From Candidatus Caccenecus avistercoris (GTDB lineage Bacteria > Bacillota_I > Bacilli_A > RF39 > UBA660), in NCBI GenBank assembly GCA_018716965.1, contig DVJF01000069.1, positions 8,158 through 72,157 of the forward strand: DNA of 64,000 nucleotides, written 5' to 3'. The translations under genes and the position numbers were made by a program. Within the stretch, counting starts at the first letter, position 1, and the number at the start of each line of letters is the position of its first letter. Below the pieces are notes generated by a model. The model was not told the origin of the DNA, did not search any database, and saw nothing but the letters and a program-made list of their open reading frames with translations. Shown piece after piece: positions 35,381-43,936 of this stretch.

Positions 35381-36556
35381 TTAATCTACTACCATAACAT
35401 TTAAATCAACATCCCCATATATTCCATCAATTCTACCTATATTACTAAATTGCCACATCATATATCCTTCATAATCCGTACTACTAGCATAATGAGCAAG
35501 CCATACATTATCATAAGTACCATCCCAAAAATTTTCTAAATAAAATTTAGATCCATAAAGCATGCCTTCATATCCTTCTTCTTCTACTGTTTTAATAAAT
35601 GCCTTTGGCATTTCATTTAAATCATGAAAAGATAAATGATAGCTATTCCAATTACTCCATATCTCCCAGTCAAATACAATTGGTAAATCGAGTGTCTCTC
35701 CATCTAAAGTATCCAATACCCAATTAGCTTCATCTATAGCTTCCTCTTTAGATAAAGCTTTACTATATAAGTAAACTCCCACTTTTAAACCTGCTTCTTT
35801 AGCATTCTTTATATTATCCAAAAACTTTTTATCCAAAGTCGGATCTTCTCCACTATCTAATTTAACTCCAATTCGCATCATAACAAATGTTGCTCCAGCC
35901 TCTCTTACAGCCTCATAATCAATATCGCCTTGCCATTCTGATACATCTATACCAAGTTCTGTATTATCAGCTTTATACTTACTATAAGCATCACTAAAAG
36001 CAAGTTTAGAAGTATTACCTCCACCACTATTATTATTGTTACTTGCTATTTCTTCGACGACATTCACGGAAACATTATAATTAGTACTATTGCCAGATAC
36101 ATCTGTTACCACTAAATCCACATCATACTTACCAGCTGTTTCAAAATCAATGTCTCCTTCAATACTACATTCTGGTTGTCCATCATAATTATCTCCATAA
36201 GTAACACCATTACATAAGTTACCTTCATATCCTACTAACACCGTTCTAGAACTACTTCCAAATATTTTAGGAGCCTCTGTATCTACGACTTCTACACTAG
36301 TACGATACACATATTTCGTATCTTGAAACGTATAATAAAACTCAATATCTTTCTTACCAATAACATCTGTATCTATCTTATAATCTTCAATAGAAACATT
36401 CGTATCACTTATTAAATCACTAACATATACTTCACTAAATACTTCTATATCATCTAATTTTATATCAATAAAAGCCCCATCTGGTATTTCATCACTAATC
36501 GTATTACCACAACCAACACTAATTAAAACAAATAAAACTAATATTATTTTCTTCAT
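35381..36556 (-). CDS. Lipoprotein with Ig-like domains and a GH25 muramidase (lysozyme) domain
   Basis: Lipobox LISVGC. Repeated Ig-like segments (DTEAPKI..., GKYDVDLVVTDVSGNS). GIDVSEWQGDIDYEAVREAGATFVMMRIG is the GH25 signature. Confidence 0.8.
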   Translation of the reverse strand: MKKIILVLFVLISVGCGNTISDEIPDGAFIDIKLDDIEVFSEVYVSDLISDTNVSIEDYKIDTDVIGKKDIEFYYTFQDTKYVYRTSVEVVDTEAPKIFGSSSRTVLVGYEGNLCNGVTYGDNYDGQPECSIEGDIDFETAGKYDVDLVVTDVSGNSTNYNVSVNVVEEIASNNNNSGGGNTSKLAFSDAYSKYKADNTELGIDVSEWQGDIDYEAVREAGATFVMMRIGVKLDSGEDPTLDKKFLDNIKNAKEAGLKVGVYLYSKALSKEEAIDEANWVLDTLDGETLDLPIVFDWEIWSNWNSYHLSFHDLNEMPKAFIKTVEEEGYEGMLYGSKFYLENFWDGTYDNVWLAHYASSTDYEGYMMWQFSNIGRIDGIYGDVDLNVMVVD

Positions 36557-37404
36557 AAATTACCTCTTTTACTAATAAATTCTTTTATATGAGGGGTAAA
36601 ATCTATTAAATAATCCATTTCCCTCATAACCGTTATAGCTTCTGATTCTTCCCCCAATTTCGCATTTTTAGGCATTTCTTTTTCTATTTCCTTTTCCGCA
36701 TAAGAAATAAAATATGGATTCTTTTTATCAATTAATTCCAAATATTCTTGAGCTTTCTTAAACTCTCCTCTTTTATAATATAAACACATAAAAGACAAAT
36801 CATAAGGAATATACTTTTCTTTTCTTGAACGATATAACTTCATAAGTTTATCTTCTTCTTCTAAAAGTGCATATAAACCCGCTAAAATAAAACGTATAGC
36901 AAGAACATCCGTCTTATCTAGTAAAAGTATTTTCTCTGCTAATTTAGCAGCTTTAGAAAACCCTCCAATACTTATATAAGCCTTAATAAGCTCATTTATC
37001 CCCTTTAAATAATCTTCTCCATCTAAAGTAAACTCTAAACCTTTCTTATACTTTTTCATAAAACCTGTCTTATATAATCTTTTTTCTTCTTGATCCATCA
37101 TTTCTTCTAAATCTCTAATCAATGCCCATCTATCTTTATCTAATACTAAATAAAGTTTAGCTAAAAAACAATCTGGATAAATCTCTAAAGTTTTATGAAT
37201 ATCTCTTAAATTATGTTTCTTATCCCATTTATCCAAATATTTATGTGCCTCTAAATGTTCAGGACTAATTTCATTATGAATAAAATCTTTCCAATTTTTA
37301 AGAACAAACTCATTCATCGCACTACGTACATCTTCTAAACTATCAATAGTTTTATCTTTAAAAAAATTCTCTAATTCATTCTTCATATTCAATACTCCAA
37401 TCAA
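36553..37404 (-). CDS. Helical-repeat (TPR-like) protein
   Basis: 283 aa, all-helical repeat-like sequence (KAAKLAEKILLLDKTDVLAIRFILAGLYALLEEEDK..., YYKRGEFKKAQEYLELIDKKNPYF). ATGA overlap with the GH25 gene. Confidence 0.5.
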   Translation of the reverse strand: MIGVLNMKNELENFFKDKTIDSLEDVRSAMNEFVLKNWKDFIHNEISPEHLEAHKYLDKWDKKHNLRDIHKTLEIYPDCFLAKLYLVLDKDRWALIRDLEEMMDQEEKRLYKTGFMKKYKKGLEFTLDGEDYLKGINELIKAYISIGGFSKAAKLAEKILLLDKTDVLAIRFILAGLYALLEEEDKLMKLYRSRKEKYIPYDLSFMCLYYKRGEFKKAQEYLELIDKKNPYFISYAEKEIEKEMPKNAKLGEESEAITVMREMDYLIDFTPHIKEFISKRGNL

Positions 37405-37415
37405 ATACTATTCTA

Positions 37416-37748
37416 TCAAGAGTATTTATCTATTGCAAGCTTTTTATATAAGCTCATATATTCATCCAAATAAAAAGTATATGAATTAGATGGATATTCA
37501 TATTTAACAATATCATCTAATTCATATACTAGAATAAAATTAATATTTAAAGCTCTTACTTTATTTAATACTTTGTCTAATACTTTAGAAGGAAAACCAA
37601 CCCGATAATTTTTAAAATTATAACCAGTTAAGAAATGAATGATTAAAGCATCTCCATAATAAGCATGCCAAAAATTACCACTCTTTACCAACACTATATA
37701 ATCTTTATACCTTCCTTTAACCTGAAAATATTTTTGTTTCATATTCAT
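37416..37748 (-). CDS. Stand-alone MutS domain I-like protein (110 aa)
   Basis: KQKYFQVKGRYKDYIVLVKSGNFWHAYYGDALIIHFLTGY...YRVGFPSKVLDKVLNKVRALNINFILV aligns by eye with the MutS N-terminus ([31 protein letters not shown]...[25 protein letters not shown]). Confidence 0.6.
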   Translation of the reverse strand: MNMKQKYFQVKGRYKDYIVLVKSGNFWHAYYGDALIIHFLTGYNFKNYRVGFPSKVLDKVLNKVRALNINFILVYELDDIVKYEYPSNSYTFYLDEYMSLYKKLAIDKYS

Positions 37749-37870
37749 TACCTCCTAAAAATTTAGCAATTGCTACTCGCCCTACCGGACGTCGCGGCAA
37801 AAATGAAGAGTCATTTTGCATCGCATCTCACTACACTCCTCCTTGAAGTGTCACTTTATTCCTTTTAAAG

Positions 37871-39111
37871 TCATCCGACTTTAAAAGGATCTGTTTTACT
37901 GCCACTACCTGTTATAGCGATGGCTGACTTCAGATTTATTACTGGGCGCACACCATACGTGCCATTCACGCGGTAGTTGATGAGGGTGCCATTGAAATAC
38001 ATAATGAACACGATAGCCTTGCTGTTATAGTCAGACGGAGACATGGTCCAGTAATATTCACCTGTATATAGGTAATTATTTTGATTACTACCACTCCATG
38101 GTATTCCTGCAAACATGGCTTCATCAGCACTTATTAATCCGATTGGATATGTTAAGGCACCATTTCCAAATTCAAATTCATCTGTTGTATATATGTCATT
38201 TTTATTGCAACTTAAACTCGGGCTACTATTACTTATTCTGGTATATGGTTGATAATCTGTTGAGCTTGTTCCTCCGCCTGTTCCGCTACTAACTCTTCTA
38301 TCTCCACAGAAGCCGGCATTTCCATCTACATAATCTTTAAATCCATTTTTAACTATATTATTATTATACCATGTATCCAATATTCCTTTTATTGTACTTG
38401 AAGTAGTATTGGTATGAGTAGAATTATAGTCTGAATTACTACTTCCATACATATATCCTACATATCTGTTGTGATTATACGAACTATTGAATGCACTAGT
38501 TTGTATCTGGGTTCCTGTACCTGTTTCATTCGCACTTGTTCCTTGGTAGATCATTCTTATTGACCCATCTCCATTAATTCTTATTATCCTCCACCAAAAA
38601 CCTGCAAACTGTACCCAGTTATCTGGTTTCCCTGTATAATAATATGTCGTTTGTCCTGTCCAATCTGTTGTTTGTCCTTGTGGTTTACTAGCTGCTATAA
38701 TTGTGTTACATGCTGTTGCTCCTTCTGGACATAGTTGTTCATCAAAGTATAAATAGCACTTTGTTCCTTTTTTGTCATAGGACTAACTGATAATCCTTTT
38801 GTATCACTATCATAATTTAGTGTAATAGCATCATCTTTCACATCATCTTCTGTTGTACAGTAAGATTCTTCCGTTAGTTCATAATTCCCATCAGGTAATG
38901 TATCTATCTCACTTCCATCTAAATACATAGCTACAATATTTAAATCAGCTAATGTATAATTGATTGTTCCATTAAGTAAAGGCATACTATCTGTAACTTT
39001 ATATTTTGCTCTTGTAAAATTAAGTATTACTGCACTTATTATTGCTACCACTACTACTGCTATTAATATATTTCTTTTTAAGTGGCTTCTCTTTAAAGTT
39101 TCATATGTCAT
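37871..39111 (-). pseudogene. Membrane-anchored surface protein split by a 1-nt frameshift in a homopolymer (T6 at 38768-38773 on the plus strand)
   Basis: ORF 38695-39111 (TM anchor, ends ...GLSVSPMTKK EQSAIY...) and the frame open over 37871-38782 (SYDKKGTKCYLYFDEQLCPEGATAC...FWWRIIRINGDGSIRMIYQGTS...YGVRPVINL...) join seamlessly if the A6 run were A7. Confidence 0.65.
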
Positions 39112-39383
39112 AGATAATTCCCTCTTTCTTAACTCGCATCATAACACATTTAAAATACGTTTTCATTATGTTCGACAAAACATGTCAAAACTTCTTATTT
39201 TCTGTGTTATGAAGTACTACTTCATTTATTTAATGTAAATTTTAAGCTATGATATAGTTTCCTAGCTTATAGTTAAATTATATAGGTATAAAGCATAAAA
39301 GTCAAGAATTTTGTGAATATAAACTGCATTTATTTAGAAATAAATTAAATCATAATAAAATACCTACAAAAGAAGGTTGGATT

Positions 39384-39854
39384 ATGAGATTAAAAGATAT
39401 AAGAGAAGAAAGTGAGCTTAAGCAGTTTACTATAAGCAAACTGTTAGGAGTATCACGTGGTACATACTCTTTATGGGAACTTGAAAAAGATCCCATTCCC
39501 ATAAAAAGATTAAATGATTTTTGTAATATATTTAAATGTAGTATTGATTATGCTTTAGGATTTACCAATATTCCAAACTATAAAAACTCTAAAGAAAATA
39601 TAAATATTAATTTATCTAGTACTAGACTAAAAAACATAAGAAAAGAACATAAACATACCCAAGATTATGTAGCTAAAAAATTATCTATTAATCGTAGCTT
39701 AATTAGTAAATATGAGAGTGGTCATACTATTATTAGTACAACCTTTTTAATCGAATACGTAAAATTATATCATATATCTAGTGATTATTTATTAGGAAAA
39801 ATAGATGAAAAGATAACTATAGAAGAACCAACTATATTAACTTATAATTACTAA
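39384..39854 (+). CDS. Transcriptional regulator with two XRE-type HTH domains
   Basis: ISKLLGVSRGTYSLWELEKDPIP and VAKKLSINRSLISKYESGHTIIS are both Cro/C1-type HTH units; 156 aa. Confidence 0.8.
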   Translation: MRLKDIREESELKQFTISKLLGVSRGTYSLWELEKDPIPIKRLNDFCNIFKCSIDYALGFTNIPNYKNSKENININLSSTRLKNIRKEHKHTQDYVAKKLSINRSLISKYESGHTIISTTFLIEYVKLYHISSDYLLGKIDEKITIEEPTILTYNY

Positions 39855-40029
39855 TATAAACAACATGTTGCAGGATATCTCTGGCATGTTTTCTATGCCC
39901 AAAGCACATATAGGGCTCACTGCACCACATTAAATAAAACTTTTCCAAGTCATCTCCCTTCGTTTGACATATTTCGACATTAGAATATGTTATTATAAAA
40001 ACTAAATCTAAATGTGAGGAGGTGAAGAC

Positions 40030-40881
40030 TTGCCAACAAAAATATTTTATAATTTAACAGACGATATCTTATTTAAAAATACTTTCTATCATAAAAAGTT
40101 AACCATCGATTTACTCAATTCTTTCTTCTCTTATTTGAAACAAGATAAGAAAATCTTAGATGTTCGTATCTCAAAAGATAAATCTTTATATGGCTTAAAT
40201 AGAGATAATAAAATTAACTATGGAGATATTATCGCTTATTTAAATACGAATGAAATAGTATCGATAGAAATGTATACAGACTTTGATAAAGAAGAATTTA
40301 ACAAAAGTGTAACATATCTATCAAAGCTATATAGTAACCAATTAAAAAGAGGACAAAAATATATCCAAGCTAAAAAAGTTATTAACATTAACTTCATGAG
40401 TGGTAATTATCACAAAGAAAATGAAGAATTAGTAAATGATTATAGTTTTATAAGAAGAATAGATTGTCCATCTAATAAGGATGAATGTATGGAAATGTAT
40501 TTAGTAAGGCTTGATTTAGTCAAGAATATCGTATATAATAAAACTAATGAAAGATTAGTGAGGTGGCTAAAATTTATGAATGCCCAAAGTTATGAAGAAA
40601 TGAAGCAAATTGGAAAGGATGATGAAGTAATGGAACAAGCCATAAAATATATTGATGAATTTTTAGAAAAAGAAGGAACAACCTTCCAAGATAAAATTGA
40701 TTATGAAAAAGTAAAATCTTTTGATGATGGCCTAATAAAAGGGGAAAAAGCTGGTATTATCAAAGGTAAAAAAGCCGGTATTATAGAAACAGCAAAGAAG
40801 ATGCTTAAAGATGGCTTAAACATAAATAGTATTGCTAAATATACTGGATTATCTAAAGAAGAAATAGAAAATTTAAATTAA
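40030..40881 (+). CDS. Rpn-family recombination-promoting nuclease / PD-(D/E)XK putative transposase (YhgA-like)
   Basis: N-terminal LTDDILFKNTF..., core GDIIAYL...VSIEMY (D...E-x-K-like), and the characteristic C-terminal repeat KGEKAGIIKGKKAGIIETAKKML. TTG start after GAGGAGGTG. Confidence 0.75.
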   Translation: MPTKIFYNLTDDILFKNTFYHKKLTIDLLNSFFSYLKQDKKILDVRISKDKSLYGLNRDNKINYGDIIAYLNTNEIVSIEMYTDFDKEEFNKSVTYLSKLYSNQLKRGQKYIQAKKVININFMSGNYHKENEELVNDYSFIRRIDCPSNKDECMEMYLVRLDLVKNIVYNKTNERLVRWLKFMNAQSYEEMKQIGKDDEVMEQAIKYIDEFLEKEGTTFQDKIDYEKVKSFDDGLIKGEKAGIIKGKKAGIIETAKKMLKDGLNINSIAKYTGLSKEEIENLN

Positions 40882-40886
40882 GAAAT

Positions 40887-40917
40887 AAGCTGTTAGAAAT
40901 TTGTTTTCTAACAGCTT
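40887..40917. terminator. Bidirectional intrinsic terminator between the Rpn gene and tsaD
   Basis: AAGCTGTTAGAAA-tttgt-TTTCTAACAGCTT, a perfect 13-bp stem followed by TTTATATT. Confidence 0.65.
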
Positions 40918-40928
40918 TTATATTATCA

Positions 40929-41933
40929 CTAAACTATATCCGCACTACTACTAACTTCTAAGTTATAGGAACTAAATTCTTTTCTTAAATATTTAGGATA
41001 AGCTGCTGCCCCAATCATCGCTGCATTATCCGTACAATAAAGCATTCTTGGTATTAAAAGTTCAGCATCATATTTTTGACACAATTTACTCATTTCACTC
41101 TTTAAATACTGATTAGCCGAAACTCCTCCTGCTATGACTAATCTTTTAATACCCGTATTTTTGAATGCTTTATCTACTTTACGTACTAATTCATCTATCG
41201 CTATATCTTGAAAAGTTCTAGCCAAGTCTTCTTTACGAATATCATTACCTCGTTGTGTCTCATTGTGAACCAAATTAATTACAGCACTTTTAAGTCCACT
41301 ATAACTAAAATTATAAGTATCATCCATAACTGGTTTTGGTAGGAAATAAGTATGACTTCCCATTCTAGCTAACTTCTCAATATTAGGTCCCCCAGGATAT
41401 GGAAGTCCTACTACTCTAGCTACTTTATCATAAGCTTCCCCTATAGCATCATCCATTGTCTCTCCGAGTCTTTTAAACTTGTAATCATCTTCCATTACTA
41501 ATAACTCCGTATGACCCCCACTAACAATTAAAGCAAGAAGTGGATATTCCATATTATTTTCTAAGTTATTTGCATATATATGTCCAATTAAATGATTAAC
41601 CGCAATTAAAGGTTTATGATACATTAAAGCAAGTATTTTTGCCGATTCTACCCCTACCATCAAAGAACCTGTTAGTCCTGGAGCATAAGTAACTGCTATT
41701 GCATCCATATCTTCTAGTTTCATTTGTGCTTTTTCTAAGCAATCTTCCAAAACAAATGTTATAGCCTCTGTATGCATACGACTAGCTATTTCTGGTACTA
41801 CTCCCCCATATTTAGCATGCGTATCCATTTGGGTTGTAATACTTAAAGCTATTACTTCACACCCATTTTTAACAACCGCCATACTTGTCTCATCACAACT
41901 AGATTCAATTGCTAAAATATAAGTATCCATCAT
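40929..41933 (-). CDS. tsaD: tRNA N6-adenosine threonylcarbamoyltransferase TsaD
   Basis: ILAIESSCDETS, HMEGH-type region NHLIGHI, SGGHTE, GGVSAN; 334 aa. Confidence 0.93.
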   Translation of the reverse strand: MMDTYILAIESSCDETSMAVVKNGCEVIALSITTQMDTHAKYGGVVPEIASRMHTEAITFVLEDCLEKAQMKLEDMDAIAVTYAPGLTGSLMVGVESAKILALMYHKPLIAVNHLIGHIYANNLENNMEYPLLALIVSGGHTELLVMEDDYKFKRLGETMDDAIGEAYDKVARVVGLPYPGGPNIEKLARMGSHTYFLPKPVMDDTYNFSYSGLKSAVINLVHNETQRGNDIRKEDLARTFQDIAIDELVRKVDKAFKNTGIKRLVIAGGVSANQYLKSEMSKLCQKYDAELLIPRMLYCTDNAAMIGAAAYPKYLRKEFSSYNLEVSSSADIV

Positions 41934-42358
41934 TCACTACTCCTAGCCATCAAGTAAGCATCATCCCCGTCTGGATAATATTTTTTTCTTACATTGACAA
42001 TTTCAAATCCAAACTTTTCATACAAATTTATCGCTGGTATATTTTTTGATGCTACTTCTAAAGTAATAAGTCTTAAATGTTCATCCAACTCTCCAATTAA
42101 ATAATTAATAAGATTCGTTGCTATAAATTGATGACGATAAACTGGATCTACCACTAAATGTAATATATCACAAGTTTCTTTCAAATCAGTTGCCGTAATA
42201 AAACCAACTACTTGCTCATCTTTTATATAAACTAAAACTTTAGAATAACCATCATTTAACATTTCATTAATAGAATTAACTTGACTAAAGTTTTCATTTA
42301 GTAAACTGCCCAATTCATTAATCCTTGGAATATCATAAATATCAGCATATCTTATCAT
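41930..42358 (-). CDS. rimI: Ribosomal-protein-alanine N-acetyltransferase (GNAT)
   Basis: GNAT core LHLVVDPVYRHQFIATNLI...LEVASKNIPAINLYEKFGF. Canonical position between tsaB and tsaD with 4-nt overlaps. Confidence 0.8.
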   Translation of the reverse strand: MIRYADIYDIPRINELGSLLNENFSQVNSINEMLNDGYSKVLVYIKDEQVVGFITATDLKETCDILHLVVDPVYRHQFIATNLINYLIGELDEHLRLITLEVASKNIPAINLYEKFGFEIVNVRKKYYPDGDDAYLMARSSE

Positions 42359-42909
42359 TTGCCCACCTCAATTTTCTTAACATAAATAGGTTTAAGCAAA
42401 TGCGGATCTATATCTTCTTTATTTTTCAAGTATTTATAAACCATATCTAAATTAATTTCTTCATCTAATTTTATTTTCTTTGGATAACTCTCTAGTTCTT
42501 TATTACTTAAATAAAAGTAATCAAGAACTAAATCATGATCCCGATTAAATGAACCAACAAACGCTCCATTCCGATCTTTAATACCTATTAATAAATCATT
42601 ATCATATTTTAAAGATAATGCTTGTAAATAGGATATAGCTTTTACTGGAATATTTTTGCAGTAACTAATCATTTTTGCTACTACTACTCCTATCCTAACA
42701 CCTGTAAAAGATCCTGGTCCATTCACCACTATTATACCACTTAAATCATCAAATGTAACGTCATTCTTTTCTAGTAGTTCTTTTAACAAAGGAATAAAAT
42801 AAGTAGAATGTTTAACATCTTCTTTTTTTATTTCTTCAATAACAAGTCCATCTTTAAATAGTGCTAAATGTAAACTAATATAATGAGTATCAATAAATAA
42901 AGTATACAT
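42355..42909 (-). CDS. tsaB: tRNA threonylcarbamoyladenosine biosynthesis protein TsaB
   Basis: LFIDTHYISLHLALF...VVNGPGSFTGVRIGVVVAK; operon context. Confidence 0.85.
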   Translation of the reverse strand: MYTLFIDTHYISLHLALFKDGLVIEEIKKEDVKHSTYFIPLLKELLEKNDVTFDDLSGIIVVNGPGSFTGVRIGVVVAKMISYCKNIPVKAISYLQALSLKYDNDLLIGIKDRNGAFVGSFNRDHDLVLDYFYLSNKELESYPKKIKLDEEINLDMVYKYLKNKEDIDPHLLKPIYVKKIEVGK

Positions 42910-42953
42910 AAAAAACCTCCTTTAGACGACAAAATCTCACCCTTAAAGTGAGA

Positions 42954-43409
42954 TTATAAAACAGCATTACATAACTCTTCGTATCTTTCTCCATGAGGAA
43001 CAAATACTAGTATTCTGGTATTTTCATCAACAATTTTAAAATTAATATCTAATCTTTCCTCGGGAAGTCTATCAAGAATTAACTCTGCCCATTCAATCAT
43101 ACAAATACCATCTTTGTTAAAATAATCTTCAACTCCAAAGTCTTCATTATCCAAAATTCTATAAACATCCATATGATACATCGGTAACTCCCCACTCATA
43201 TACTCTTTAACAATCGTAAATGTTGGCGATGTAATATTATCTATTCCCATGGAAGCCGCAAAGCCCTTAACAAAAACCGTCTTTCCACTTCCAAGATCGC
43301 CATTGAGACATATAACCATGCCTGGAAATTTTTCACTTTCGACATTTTCTGCCAATGTTAAAGTATCTTCTACACATCTAGATGTAAATTTATAATCCAT
43401 ATTACTCAC
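42954..43409 (-). CDS. tsaE: tRNA threonylcarbamoyladenosine biosynthesis ATPase TsaE
   Basis: LNGDLGSGKTVFVKG Walker A, SPTFTIVKEY, HMDVYR motif. Confidence 0.88.
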   Translation of the reverse strand: MSNMDYKFTSRCVEDTLTLAENVESEKFPGMVICLNGDLGSGKTVFVKGFAASMGIDNITSPTFTIVKEYMSGELPMYHMDVYRILDNEDFGVEDYFNKDGICMIEWAELILDRLPEERLDINFKIVDENTRILVFVPHGERYEELCNAVL

Positions 43410-43555
43410 CTACCGCTATTATAACAAAAGACTTAATGATTATACAACCACTTTTTATTAATTTTACAAATTTGTTTATCATATAAAAATACATTAGAAA
43501 ATTCTATTCTTTATTATATTGATAAAATCTATTAAAATATATATGAGGTGTGAAA

Positions 43556-43756
43556 ATGGATTTTGTTGTAAGGCAAACAAGGCAAAAAGATCCAGCTAGT
43601 TACAAATCTTTATATATTAAAGATTCGCTGTTAAAAGAAGTAGAAAAAATTGCGAAAGAAAACAGCACCTCTTTTAACAATGTAGTAATTAGTATGATCG
43701 AAGCCTGTATCTATGGCAATGGTGAGGGCCAAGAAGAAAATAAAGTAAGAAATTAA
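43556..43756 (+). CDS. Small ribbon-helix-helix-like protein
   Basis: SLYIKDSLLKEVEKIAKENSTSFNNVVISMIE fits a beta-strand/helix/helix RHH pattern. ATG 43556 lies 7 nt after GAGG (the ORF track used GTG 43550). Confidence 0.5.
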   Translation: MDFVVRQTRQKDPASYKSLYIKDSLLKEVEKIAKENSTSFNNVVISMIEACIYGNGEGQEENKVRN

Positions 43757-43913
43757 TTTATTTTTATAGATACTCTGCTCCTTGAAGTTCACACTCAAAG
43801 AAAGAATGATGGATCCGTCATTCTAACTGTTAGACATCAAGAAACACTTGCTTAAAAACAGTTACACCTGAGTAATCAAAGACTTACATCTATGGTTACT
43901 CTTTTTTTATTGC

Positions 43914-43936
43914 AAAAAAGAATCCCAAAGGATTCC
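43914..43936 (-). terminator. Intrinsic terminator of the 43937-45028 gene
   Basis: Minus strand GAATCC-tttg-GGATTC followed by TTTTTT, immediately after the stop. Confidence 0.6.

Noticed and set aside
37838-37852. Shared 11-mer CTCCTTGAAGT between the 37.8 kb spacer and the 43.78 kb spacer
   Set aside because: A single 11-nt match between two regions of a 64 kb AT-rich window is expected by chance many times over. The flanking sequence does not align.
37749-38000. Diversity-generating retroelement or retron hypothesis for the GC-rich spacer next to the C-terminus of the surface protein
   Set aside because: No reverse transcriptase gene is present anywhere in the window. I could find no template-repeat copy of the gene's 3' end. 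The neighbouring small protein resembles MutS domain I, not Avd or an RT accessory protein.
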